Origin: Catajapyx aquilonaris
Taxonomy: Eukaryota
Direction: 5' to 3'
NCBI GenBank assembly: GCA_000934665.2
Contig: KZ538117.1
Span: 1 to 64,000 of the forward strand
Length of the DNA: 64,000 bases
Below are positions 1 to 13,190 of this stretch, in pieces; positions within the stretch are counted from its first letter, which is position 1, and the number at the start of each line of letters is the position of its first letter. The notes beneath the pieces were generated by a model that saw only the letters and a list, made by a program, of their open reading frames with translations, had not been told where the DNA came from and ran no database searches. A program made the position numbers and the translations under genes.

Positions 1-121
1 CGGAAACGGCTGGACGTTGCGAGCTAACACTTTCACCACTGTGTCTATCGCACATGAATGACCCCTCACGCCAGTTTCAACCAAATCGGAGGTTCCCAAC
101 CCTGACCGTTCCCTTGTCAGT

Positions 122-343
122 TGAAGTGGGGGAAGTGCACACCCGGGGTAAGTGCACATATTGTGCCGCCATATTGGAATGAAAATGGCTGACGATACCA
201 AAACGCATCAGCTATGTAGCTGCACTGTGCAGCTACATAGCCTGTACATAGCTGACGCGTTTTGGTGTCGTCAGCCATTTTCATTCCAATATGGCGGCAC
301 AATATGTGCACTTACCCCGGGTGTGCACTTCCCCCACTTCACC
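122..343. mobile_element. Fold-back MITE with a Kolobok-like right end (…CACC|TTAA); left tip truncated
   Basis: Arms 122-218 and 245-341 are about 97-bp inverted repeats with about 2 mismatches. The right end CCCCACTTCACC is followed by TTAA (344-347). The left end lacks GG+TTAA. Superfamily is inferred only from the TTAA site and purine-purine terminus. Confidence 0.8.
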
Positions 344-2929
344 TTAACTGTTTTGTTTTGGTTGGTGGGATCAAATTATGGCGGTTTTTGTACTTTCTCT
401 TCTTACATTGCAACCAATCATAGTTTCCCATGCAAAATGTATGTGCTGCAGACACAGAGCAAAGCGCTACTAGTACAGTAACGACACAAGTTCTTAATGC
501 CCCAAGAACACAGCAAAAAAAATATTACTGCTTGCTTGAAACATTTATACTTTACTGATGGGGCCAAACCTTTGTAGCGACTTCATACCATTCCAAAACA
601 CGTACGCCCTGGTTAATTCCAGTTCTATACTACTTACCTGCAGTAACCGGTACCGGCGGGTAGGGGTGTGCTTGAATTTTTTACAAAGCCCAGAGAGGGT
701 GATCGATTTTTGTGAAGGGGTTACGAAGAGCATGCAAGTTTTTTGGCTCAATTTTGTCAATGACTACTTTCAGTGTATGTTTTGGTCCGACCGTTATTCT
801 GGTAGGCTGCTCTCTTTACATAACGACATACCAAAGAACGACAGGCAAGAATGCAAAATGACCCAGGATCATCCTATATATGGGTAGGTGTATGAACCCT
901 ACATTTTTGTACGCTTTTTAGAGAGGGGGCTGCAAGTCCTTAGGCTACAGTTTTATCCATTTCAATTTTGGCTGTTCTCCCACTCCGAATACCGTGTATT
1001 TACTGCATGTTTAAAAACAACGGCGACACCCAGCTCTCCCAGGATTAGGTATGGTTTGAAATTGTTCGTCCTGGGACACTAGACCCCACGCTGGAGCAGT
1101 GAGTGGAGAGGGGGGGGGGGTAAAATAGTTAAATTTAAATCTTTCCAGACGTGGTTTTGCTACATATATTTTATCTCCTCGCAAACTTTTGACGCCGAGC
1201 GCGCCTCCACCAGCCATGAAATACCCGGAAATTTGCTGGAAACCTGATTTGCCTCGCTATCCAGAGGCAAGGTCATACTGGTAATGATGACCCCAAGGCT
1301 GCTACAAAAAAAAAATGTTCCCGAACATAGAATCTGCATTGGGAAGATGAAAGTTTGTAGTCCTATCCATGTTCTGCGAATTTTTTGGAGGGCAGGAAAG
1401 CTGGGACGTGTATCAAAAATTCAGCATAATTTTGGAATGCCATTACAAGTTTTCTTGGTTGTGGCATGTATTATTTGCGCAAGTGCAGATGGGCATCGGC
1501 GTATGGAACCAAGCTCATTATTTAAATAGCAAAAACATGGGGGGAAACCAACTTGTCCGGAAATTTAGGACTAGTTGAGTTTGACCCTCCTTAATGTATA
1601 ATGTAGGCCAAACGATTTCCGCATGCTACTAGCATCATTTATAAACCCCCTCCTTCCCTATGTTCCGTTTAAAGTTGAAACTCTGTGGATCACTTATACC
1701 ACTACATTGTCCTTTCCTCCACCTTCCGAACTGGCACACTTTTGTGATCGGGATATAGTTGAGAGACTGCGCCCGGCGCCTTGGGCCCATAAAGTCCGCT
1801 TTTTGCTGAGAGCCAAATCAATGAAGGTCTGCAGTAATGTTGGGCCTTAGTAGATTTGTGTGTGTGTGTATTTATGCGATTGTATAAGCTTTTAGCATAA
1901 TGTCTGAAGTGACATGCGGTATCGGCATTTATTTAAAGTTGTTTGAAATATCGGTGCGGAGCAACGATAATTGCTTGGGTAAAAATCGACCACACTGTGG
2001 AAGGTGCTGGGTTGTACAGTACTGGATGTACTCATTAAATGGTACTGTTTTCAGTATATATTAAATATTATGCTGTACAAACAGCGTTGTATTACTGCAT
2101 TGAAAGTTTTATGCGTTGCACTATTTCCAAACCAAAGAGAATGACGAAGAGACCAACCCCAAAGGTCGATACCCCAATGTACACACGTCCCAACTCAAAG
2201 TTTAATATATTAAATTAGAGTCGGTACCAGGTAGTGTAACAACATTTGATTGCTAGACCTGGTTGCCATGTAGCAGTCTATAATTAACAGTAGCTGTTAA
2301 AAATATGGGGCAGCTTGTGGTTTAATATCAGTTGTAATTACAAGCTACGAATTATTGCAAATATTGTGGAATAATTTTATGGAATACCATTCAATATTAA
2401 TGCAATGTAATGAGCTTGAAATGCGACAGCAGGTTATGAGTCAGCTACATTTCAACACTCCATCCGTCAATAAGGAAGTTGAAAGCATCTGAAGCATTCC
2501 TTAGTTTGCACTTCAAAGGTCCTGTGACTGAAAGACACATAGTTGTGTCATCATAACCGTGTTCAAGTAAATCTTGACAGTACTGTCTCATTAGGTTCCA
2601 ACTAAGAAGTTCTCATTAGTTTTTTTTGCATCTCACACTCCTAAGTGGAGCACTTGAACAATATTATAATTAGTCGATTTGAGGAAAATTTTGTTTAAAA
2701 TTAGTTGACGATTTATTTTCACCCAACATTTTCCTCTTTGGCAAGTGCGAATTGTTGTCTGGCTACTTTTGTCCGAAACATTTGTGCGTCATATCACCAG
2801 TTTATCAGACTAAAATGCCTCCATGTTGTCCACCATATTTGGTCCAATTTGACATATCAGTACAAAAAAATGCCCAAATCGGCGAGTATTGCACGTGTAG
2901 TGTATCCGTACAGAACGAAACGCAGAGGG

Positions 2930-3308
2930 GTTGCCGGTGGAATCGGCAACGGCTGCGACTTGCGCCTTGCGCCGAGGGCGTCGGTGGGGCGTCGCGGGGA
3001 GAAGGGGGGGGTGCAGGCAGGGAGGTGGGGGAGGCGTCGCAGGCGTGGAGCAGACCTGGTTGTCGAGGGGCAGTGCTGCGGAGAGAAGCACCAGTCAGGG
3101 AAGCGTCGTCGTATCGCTCCGGTCTTCTCATAGCTACCACCATTCATCTGCCGACCAATCATAACTACAACATCAGCCAAGTCAGACCGATGGACTCCGG
3201 CGAGACATCGGTCAACAGGAGACCCCAGCCTACGGACTCGGTCCAGTAAGGCTACGGGATAACCAGACATTAGTGCACTACCAACACCAGGAGGTCTTAA
3301 CCAGAAAG
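2930..3308 (+). promoter_or_regulatory. Putative GC-rich promoter and first exon ending at a splice donor
   Basis: GC/CpG content rises sharply at about 2930-3600 with G-tracts. There is an Inr-like CCAGTC at 3091-3096, a strong donor AAG|GTACGT at 3308/3309, an alternative donor CA|GTAAGG at 3245/3246, and an ATG at 3190. No transcript evidence is available. Confidence 0.4.
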
Positions 3309-6300
3309 GTACGTTCGTTGTTCTCACGTGTTGAGCGGTTTGTTGTGTTGGCGCCGCATGGGGATGAGTAGATCCGATGTGGCAAATCTTGTCGGCATGT
3401 GGGGGAGATAACCCGGTCCGGATGCTGGTGCACATGCTCGTTTTTTGGAGGATGAGAACATTGCATGGTAGCGGATGGAAGCTGGCCGGTACCGATAGAT
3501 TCACGTTATCAGGCTTGTACAGACTGGAGGGTATCAAACGTATAAGTTGGAATTGAACGCGATTCGAAATTTATAGCCGGCTCAAAGTCCCAGAAGCGTG
3601 AACTTGCGTATTTTAAGTGAAAGTCGGATAACGACAAACCGTGGGTACATTGCTAAATTTTACAACGTGGTTATCACATTGTACACTGTTGCGGATACTA
3701 CATGGTTTCGGCCACACGCGTATTACTTGGGAAGCAATGTGGTGCACATATACTGTAGTGTGTACGCGTCATATCGACATACGTAAAATATTTATTAATA
3801 TGAACTAAATCGGTACAGTGCTTTTGATAATATCACGACCGTCGTACTGCTTGACTTAACGTGGAGCACTCTTGAAGTATTTCTTTCGGGCGGTCGGTGA
3901 AGGAGTACATGCAAGGATATATGAAACATAAATTTAAGAATGCGATTGTTGGGTTACATGTGATATTGCTACTTTGCGCTTTCTAGCTTTAATTTTACAA
4001 AATGCGATGCTCTTGTTGAGAGCTGTTGCTTTATATTTTACTAAGATGTGCTTTGTTGTTATGAGAAAAGCATTCATAATAGAGGTTGTTGTACTGAAAA
4101 ATATTGCATGATACAACGCCACGTGTTTTGTGTATTGAGCAGTTTGTGTATATATTTGCATTGGAACAATAATTATAAATCTGATTGCAAAAGTTTTATG
4201 ACTCAAAAATAGTACTTTCTTTGCAGTTATGTTCAAGTTCCTAAACTTTTTTTTTGCATGACTCAGATTGACGCTTATGAGTAATTCCCACGAACCCCTT
4301 CATACATGTATTAGATAAGCACGTGAAAGTGTCCGGGATAATATTGTGTTGTTAGTACCTCGTGCATGAATCGCCAACTATAGTAACTATGATATGGACT
4401 ATTATTTCAAAGTATCCAATCATATATTATTAACCACTATATTTCTTTTGAAGCCCTGAAATGCAGAAAATCTCACATTTGACTATAAGATGTGAGGGTT
4501 TGAAGATTGTACCGGTCCTAATGGGATCAATCTTTTTCCAAACTTTCTATGGGAGGTGCCATTTTTGTATTAAAAATTTGATTATACCATCAGAAAGTAG
4601 CCTTACTCTAAAACAATGTTTAATTTATTCAACTTCGACCAAAATGTGACCCTCATAGTTCAGCACTTCAGGTATTCATTATTGTAGTTAGGCCCAGTTG
4701 AGCTTTGAAGGAATCGACACTAGCGATACTGACGAATGAGAAAGATGTAGGGAACCGTACAATGAACAGCAATAGGAGACGTGTCTGGCTCTGGTCCTTT
4801 TTACGGGCACAGAATTTTTAATGCGGCCAAAGTTATTGTCGAATCCGGAAGGCTGATATGATTGTCTCCACAAAGGTTCAGTAGCCGTATTATATTTAGG
4901 TAGGAATACCTTTCATCAAATTTGTCGTGGGTCTTTTGTCAGTTCTAACTGATATGGCTTCACAATTTTCTTCTTTCTTTTCGATATCCTTTGATGTATA
5001 CTTAGGCGACAATGGAAGCGGCGAATGACACGGAACAATATATATGGGCCCCCACTATAAAATGAATAAATTGACATTCCAGTTGAATAAAAAAAACACC
5101 ATTGGAAATCGATACCATAGCGACAGAATAATTAGTCTATGCAAGTTGGCTTACAAATTGCGTAATACATGGAATGAAATTGCAAATTGCTTCCTAAGTA
5201 GCCGTTTAGGATGCCTTACATAATGTAGTCAGTCGTGCATGCCTTCCCAATACTCAAGTTGCACAATGTTGGACCTATATACGCACTAATTCTAGGATCG
5301 CGTGGTCGTAATGTTTGGTCCCGTTTCGTCGATCGTGTTACTGAAATATTTTTGGCCGCATGAATGTTGCAGAATATACAGTTCTGCACTGTTAATATTC
5401 AGTTAGAGTGCTATGTGACATGAAACTTGGTTTCATAATGCTAGGGGTTAAGAAAATAGCTTGCACGGTAAGGCCCTTTTTTTAGAATTTAAACCGAGTA
5501 TTTGCTAGGTCTGAGCTCAGTTTTATAGGCTCCCAGTTCCCATAGGGGTAATGTTATTATTTAATGAGTGGCCGAGTTGTGTATTCACACTAGGTCCTGT
5601 CCTGGTAAAATTCTGCGGGGTCGTTTGAGCCTGATCTGTTCAATTTGTAGCCAACTTACTCGACGTGATATCGCCATTACATGAAGCGTAATATTCCAAC
5701 TACGCATGGCGTAAAAGCCGGGCAGTTTTAATAAACGACATTCGAGGAAAGATTGGGCCTGAAAATATGATACGTTTAGGAGTGGGACTTTGATCGGCTG
5801 AATACTTCATGAAGGACTGGTTTTACGACTCAAGAATGCGTAACCGCAATTCTCGGAAATGTCAGTAATGCGAACCGACTTATTGGGATATGTCCTGATC
5901 CAGTCGATGGCCAGGGTATTATTAATGCTTCGGGGCTTTGTAATATAGGATGTAATATTCCAGCTCAAAATTAGTTGTCGAACTAAAAAAATTTGACACC
6001 CACTGCAAAAAATGGGAGATGGAATTGTTTACGTTTTATGCTGTGTTTTTGTAGCGGTATTTTAAGGTGGACGGCAATAAATAACCTGCGCTTGTATTAT
6101 TTATGATGATGCCAAACATTACGTAACTATAGCCAGTTATATGGTGTGAGATAATTTTTGTGTCCATTTTAGATACAATATGTAGAGTCGTATGACCGTG
6201 ACACATACCGACAATTTGTACAGGTAGGCCTACACAATAAGTTGGTTCTTTGGAGTTAGACCCTTGTTATATTCGACATGGAGTTAGGCCCTTGTTCTGT

Positions 6301-7562
6301 CGTCAATGCAAAACTGAAACCACAAGGGAAAAAATACTAGAATTCTGATAGTTTCAGAGCGTAAGGATACTTTTGGCTGAAACTTTTTTTTTTGACACAA
6401 TACACCAAGGAGAGTCGGAGTTGAAGTGCATTGTACATCCACCATTTTTCAGACTGGAGTTGGGCCCTTGCTCTATTGGGGCATTCAATACAGGGCCACG
6501 TTCACTTGGATTTTTGTTTATATTTAAAATGGTTGTTCAGTCACTGACTTATTTCCTTGAGATGGGATCTTGCACAGTGCACCGCACCCGGTAGAAGTAA
6601 TACTTTATATGTCTTAAGAATGTATAAATGAAATTTAAAATAGTAGGCCTATCCTTCGACCACTAATGACAATAAATTGTTAATATTCTCACGCATATTA
6701 TATTTATAAATAGAGCTGACATAATCAGCAGAGAGTATTTTAGGCCCTGAGACGAGCCAGTGGTTAACATTTCTTCCATGATAGCTGCAACTCATAAAAT
6801 TTGCACTTGTGTCATATTAGGGAGGGAAACATTCCTTAACTTAATATGTTTGTAAACTTAACGTTATTTTGATAGTGCATTTATTTGCACCCCTCCGTGA
6901 ATAACAGAGCTAATAGAAATGACTTTATTGTTCTAGTATTTTAAAATGTATCACTTCTGGAATAGGTCCGTTTCGTCTCCTGCCGCACCTGTGCATCATG
7001 ATGGGTTGATTTGTTCGGGGGTTGTTTTTAAAAGTTTTGTGAACTTTGTCGAGTGGACAGTAATAATAATGACATCAGTCTCTGATTAAAATGTGATACA
7101 AATTTATTTATAAATAAGGCAAAATGGCATTACAGGAAATTATTGACTCAGGGGAGATCAAGTTAATCCTCACGAGTTTGATACCATCATACTACCTTTT
7201 TAGGCCTGCTACAGGAATATGTCATTACAGAGAATCTCATTGACCGCCCACATTAACTTGATCTCTCCAGACGGATAGTCCCTGTAGCTGCCGCTGCCGT
7301 GCACGCGTAATCAAGTGCAGCAATATTTTAATATCCAGAAAGTTGTTATACAAGGTGTTTTAAATTATGTGAACAAATTTTAATGGAAGGTAGGGAACAC
7401 CAAGACAATCCTTTTTCGTCAATATAACCGGTGATGCCATTCTTCGGTGTAGAAGACTCTGACGTATGTCGGTGAAACTGATATCTAAATGAATAGAATA
7501 AGTGTAAACAACTTGTTAATTATTCAGAGGTGTCGACTGTAGAGTCTGCTATGGATATTATA

Positions 7563-7816
7563 AATGAAGACCTCGGGAGAAAAGCGATCAAGGTCCACTT
7601 TTTGTCAAAAATGAGTTACATATCTCAGAAGATAAAAGTCACTAGCGTAGAATATGACTGTTTGGTCGTGGTTGTGGAGTAATGATCATAGGTCACTATG
7701 GAAGCTCAGAAAGTGGGATTTACAATGGAGCTTTATGGGCCTTCGAAATTTAAAATGCAAATATCTCAGTTTCACCTGAGGTGGGACTTGATCGTTTTTC
7801 TCCCGAGGTCTTCAAA
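7563..7816. mobile_element. MITE with about 35-bp imperfect TIRs and TA flanks
   Basis: Left TGAAGACCTCGGGAGAAAAGCGATCAAG matches the reverse complement of right CTTGATCGTTTTTCTCCCGAGGTCTTCA. TA occurs at 7561-7562 and 7817-7818. Confidence 0.75.
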
Positions 7817-8929
7817 TAGTGTCATTTTAAACCCATTTTACCCACCAGCATTATTCTAATAGGACACAACCTGCGTAACAAGTTTATTTACAGTGCAACA
7901 ATTCTACTGTAATTTGTTCACACAAAATAATATTTCTAGTACAATTACACACGCATCCTCTCCTTCTCTACCATTTTGAAATTGCAACAAACTGCCGCGT
8001 TTAATGCACAGCCCCAAACAAAATTTACCTCTCACCTGAGGCAAAAGCTCACTGAATTACTTAGCAGTTTCGATAACCCTCTCCCTTCATTGTGCTTAGA
8101 ATGTGACTCCCCACACACGTCCACCCCAACCACACTGGAGCCCTAACAATATTATCCGATCAGTGAGTGAGAGGCCGACCTGGCAAGCTCCCCCTCCGCC
8201 AAAGCCTTTCGAGCCAAGCCAACCAACCAACCATCCAACCAAATGAAGCTCTATCTTTGAAGCGCCGATTCCCGGCCGTCCACCTTGTTTATATTAAAAA
8301 CGGACGTTACGTATTCATCTCGTCTTATTCCGGGCCAAGATATTGGCCTCTTTGCGCGGGCGATGAATGCAAACGGCCTCATTTACTTGGGAGGATGCGA
8401 GGGGCTCCAGAGTGCCTACTTTCGGATATTGTCTGTTCCATTCCTTGACTCCCCTTGCGCAATCCCTCCCTCCTTCCCTACCCCTCCCCCCCTTCCCAAC
8501 TTGCTCTAGAAAGTTAAGAAATAATGAAATGTCCTTCTTACCTTGATCTCACGTCGAATACCAACGCGCGATAAGGCCAAGTCTTGAATACACTTTATTA
8601 CAGCGGGGGTGGGATGGCAAAGGTGGATAGGAATGAGGGGGGGATAGGAGGAGCTAGAGTGTAATCAATCGTTTTTGCAAGCAAGGAAGTTTATATCTGA
8701 AAATGGTGTCCCTAACTTTCATAGATATCGCGATTTCCGCATGGATGAACGTAACATTGGGAGGGAAGTTTCGCGGGATTTCTATCGCGGTGCAACCAGG
8801 CCTTAAACTAGTTGCACAGTGTAATCTGTGGAGTGCACTGGAGGTTACTGTATGCATCGCGACGCCGGCACCTAGTAATGGAGATCATTGTGTGTTTAAG
8901 TTCCATATTTTCTGGGTACAAAGGGTTAA

Positions 8930-9029
8930 CCACTTCGGTACTCCGGTGTACACCTGTAGTGGTAGGCTACTCCCAGGTACACCTTTGGTACACCTTTGAT
9001 ACTCCAGTGTACACTTTACAGTCGAGTGG
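8930..9029. mobile_element. Possible piggyBac-like miniature element
   Basis: Ends read TTAA|CCACT…AGTGG|TTAA (TTAA at 8926-8929 and 9030-9033), with repeated GTACAC motifs inside. The TIR match is very short. Confidence 0.35.
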
Positions 9030-9184
9030 TTAACTCCTTGTCTGGGTATTTGCAAAATATCTACTATTCTACTACTAATTATCCGCTGGCACCCCAATAT
9101 TTGGGAAAAGCCGTGATGTATGATGATGAAGAAGAAGAACAAGACGAAATGTACAGTACTGTGTATCATCAGAAAGTCCGTTAA

Positions 9185-9319
9185 ACCAAAAAACGATCTG
9201 ACGTCACTGTCCGTCCCGCCTCCACCCGGCTCTTCCCTCCTATGATGTCCCCAAAGCGCTCTGCAATGCTGCGCATGCTCAGAAAACACGGCTGGTGTGA
9301 CATCATATCGTTCTTTCTC
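9185..9319. mobile_element. Degenerate MITE with TTAA TSD (Kolobok-like)
   Basis: TTAA at 9181-9184 and 9320-9323. Left AAAAAACGATCTGACGTCAC matches the reverse complement of right GTGACATCATATCGTTCTTT. Confidence 0.6.
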
Positions 9320-12300
9320 TTAAAGGACTCTATTGTACTACTCATACGTGGAATGACAGTATATAATTAGATTTTGTCACACAGAGTTAATAATAGATTG
9401 TCAATTACACAGTGAAGGCTATCTAGTCGGATAAGTATAACCTAGGCTAACCTGTAGTGGACAGTCAGAATGAACAGTCGATTCCATGTCCTAAAGGACA
9501 GTATCAACCTACAGTAACTGCACAAATGGCTGCAGCTATCCAGAAAAGAACAGCTTTATGTCGCGGTCGGGGATATTCTCTCACTTCAAATGCAGTTTGT
9601 CACGTATACTGTAGGAAGGTCCTGGGGACAAAGTGACTTTGTTTCACTTTGTCTCCCACCGTCCCCCGGTTATAAAATGTCGCCAAATCCTATTTGACGG
9701 CCTTCAGCCTTATTTTATTACTGACAAATCGGAAGCAATCTTTATGACCGAGTGGTATAATTTGCCTCTTTCAGTGGAACAGCGTTCCTCAATTGCATTG
9801 ACCTACAATTTATAAGACGTTGTCCCAATTTTAGTATAACTGTACAAAAATGTTAACCTATTTATATGCCTAGCGTCCTCTACTATAGGACACTTGTACA
9901 GTAGGTATATTTTAGTCATTATGTTAGTTCATTTGCTAATTAAAATATTTAAAAATGTTAACAAAAATAGTTCATACAAGCCTGGGTTACGTTCGAGGGC
10001 ACTAGTGTGAACTACATTACTCTAGAATAATTAGGCAAAGGTAATGCGCGTGTGATTTGAACCAGAAAATGTGCGGAATATGAATGGATGTACAAAATAA
10101 CTGTTCTTGTAGTAGCAGTGGTTTTATGAGTTACGAATTACAGGGATCTATGAAGCTTGCCTCGTTCAGCGTAGAGGCCAGGGTGATAGGTTACACTCCT
10201 CTTGAAAGGTCAGCCCCAGGCGAATATCCGGGTCATGCAAACCCCATCAGACAGGTGCTATGCAAGATTCATGTTAATCGTCTTACAAGCGGCTGTTGGA
10301 TAGCTGCTATTACTTTCCACCAACTATGGGGACCTCTAAAAGAACAACTGGAGGGAGGGAAGAGGGGGCCTTTGGGAAGGTGAAAAATAGCAGTTGCCTT
10401 CAGTGGGTCAGCACGACCACATTAGATGCTGAGTTTACTGTTGCTGGCAGCATCTCATCTGCACCTTATGTGTTATTTTCTATTGGTAAATAACTGTGCA
10501 ACCTAAATGAACGTTTTCAATAAAGAGAAATACGTACGACCTTCGGACATATGCACCGCATAAGAGATAAGTACGGTAGAAAATACCAGAATAGTATTAC
10601 AAGCTATAGGTAATCAAAGGACGCACACCATAAATAGCAACTACTTTATTACGTTTTATTTAGCCCAAGTCATTCCTCCAAAGCGGGCAATGGCTGAAAC
10701 CCTGCTCAATCCATTCGCTTTTTTTCTCATTTGGCACTTAATCATTAATTTGTAAATTTTCTATCGTCCATATTACAAGCACAAAGAGAGCGTGTAAGAA
10801 TTACTAGGTTTCAGCAATTACTTCCATAATGTTCTTCATTTCACTTAGCTCATGCATGACTCAAATACAAATTGAATTCAAATGATACTTAATTATATAC
10901 CGTAGAGCTTGGTAAATTTCCGTAATCGTGCAATGTTTACTGGACATATTGCGCTGAGTTGCTATTCAAGCCTCGTTTTATTCCTCAAGATTAGTGAAAG
11001 ACGACCACAAAGACTTTCCGGATCATAGCATTTCCCTATAACGAACTTTTACCTCAAACTGTTTAACTTCGCACGTTCAGTATTACAAAACCGGGGCTTA
11101 ATAGAGTCTAATCGTGCAACCAACTGTGGAATAAGAAATAGACTGCACGCAGATGATGCTTAAAGGGCTCTTGTCTTAATAAGCTGACACTACCGGATCA
11201 ACAATTGTCTGAAATATTTCTAACCAAAGTGCAATTAATTTATGACAGATCTGTCTGGTGAATTGGTATTCACTATCAAGACAGCCAATCAGGAATAATG
11301 CATCTTATGCCTGACGCTGTTAATAGGAAGCCATCAAAACTGTACATGATTTTATCAGCTTTAGGTGAAGTGGTTGTATAAATAGTGATACTCATCATAT
11401 TTGCGTTTCGTCATACGTTGAGTTGATCATGCTTTTGGACATTGATGTCCAAATTGCACCATCAGGTTTTGCTCACTTTATTTTCAATTCCAGGATAAAA
11501 CAGATATTGCCAGCAATTTTGCTTCTATGATTATATAAACGATACTGTGGGCTATTTGCCATCAACGATTTTAAGTGTAGGCATCATGGACAGCCATAAA
11601 ATATTTTCAATTTTAACTTTTTTGCAGTACTAGTACCGAAATGGCATGAGTATTAAAAGCTTTATTTTCCCTCTTGGAATCCAACATAATGAGTCCAGTA
11701 ATTGAAGTCAAGTCAGCAAATTTGCTTAATATACAGCCTATAGTAACTTTAACTGCAGCCAGTGAAAGATAAGAAAGTTTGTTAAAGTCAGGGCAGCATT
11801 GGCGTAGGCATTTTGCATAAAAAAGATCCATATAACTGTGTCAGTGACTTGGGCTATGTGATATGGCAGTAGGAAGGTGGTTTTTCCTTCATTCATTAGT
11901 GAAAAGATCCTTTTATACTGTATTGGCATCAACAAGCCACATTTGATTGGTCCCATAACATGCATCACTGAAGAAACTTGTCCCTCTAATATTGCATCAA
12001 GCGGAAGAAAATAATGGCCAATCACAAACAAGCTGTACAGCAACTTATATTCGACAAAAAGTAAACATCTTGTCATTTATAGGATTTCTGAGGTGAACGT
12101 CTCTCGATATGACCTAATGTAGTGTATGTCATGGGCTTCTGACCGTTTCCTAGATGCCTGTATGTTGTTCTACCTGATCAGACTGAACACAAATGACAGG
12201 TTGCGAAATCCCCTTACGACAGAGCGCATTTTAGATGGCACAGCTCCTTTACTGTGAAGATGTCAACACAAAGATTAACCTCTCTGGGACAGCCACTCTA

Positions 12301-12823
12301 GATATAAAAGCACTTATATAAAGGAAAATGTGGGCAGGTCGAGCTACAGAAGACGGAGAGAGTCTTACAAGGCATTTTCTGCCTCAAAAACCACAAGAGG
12401 TCTAGGGTTATGTATAAGAGCCGCCGCCATGTTGAATACACCGTAAGTGCAGGTCCTAGGTGAAGTATGTTGTTTTCTCTATGCAAACTAATTAAGGTAG
12501 CGCCACATATTTTGCTCAAGAACTGCAAAGTGGGGTTGTTTCTGGCTATTGTCAACACGCAATCACTTAGGACCAGGAGAGAACCTTTAAATGTATACAA
12601 GCTGCCCAAGTGTCATAGGTGTACTTTCACAACATCAAGATGGCGGTAGTAACACACTGAAATAAGGATGCTTCTTACTGCTCCCTGAGTCAAGCACAGC
12701 ATTCCCCCCGTATCCGTGGTTTGATATTAAATTAATATAAAATTTGAAAATTAAACATGTGTATTTTATTACAGCACAGTAAATACAAGTTACTTGTATA
12801 ATGAGAGGCTATTTCTATATATA

Positions 12824-13115
12824 CGGGTGTCTTGCGGGTGTCTCATCTTTTTTGTCCGAACAGTTATCGGAAAATTGCGCGTAGCTACTACTTTTTAAGC
12901 AGTGACTTGCAACCTGCGATTTGTCGGAGGAATGGGGAATGGGGAAAAAGAGGGTCACACATCCCATGGCAGCACGTATGCCACTTCAACCTACGATTCG
13001 CAGGGAATATTCCCGGTTCCTCCGAAAAATCACCGTTTGCAAGTCACTGCTTAAAAAGTAGCAGCTACGCGCAATTTTCCGATAACTGTTCGGACAAAAA
13101 AGATTAGACACCCTG
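12824..13115. mobile_element. MITE family A, copy 1 (Tc1/mariner-like, TA TSD)
   Basis: About 75-80 bp TIRs beginning C(A)GGGTGTCT with TA flanks. Homologous to 26940-27263 and 58986-59316. It has a duplicated left tip and a 48-bp internal deletion relative to copy 2. Confidence 0.9.
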
Positions 13116-13190
13116 TATATGGTATTGTATAAAATGCGCATTATCCCCACTATTTTCATGGGAACTGCGGACTGATCTGTCGTTGTTATA

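Noticed and set aside
117..481. Two ORFs on opposite strands with near-identical N-termini (MHILCRHIGMKMADD…)
   Set aside because: An artefact of the 122-341 palindrome, not duplicated genes.
545..1594. Possible ~1-kb DNA transposon remnant ending …GACCCTCC|TTAA
   Set aside because: No convincing matching left TIR or second copy in the window.
2705..3537. Cluster of overlapping ORFs, including the 226-aa minus-strand ORF
   Set aside because: Open frames on both strands reflect stop-codon depletion in a GC-rich island. The translations are low-complexity with no recognisable domain.
11613..12076. Minus-strand fragments faintly reminiscent of a decayed DDE transposase
   Set aside because: No catalytic motif can be aligned without several invented frameshifts. 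A TBLASTN/HMM search would be needed.
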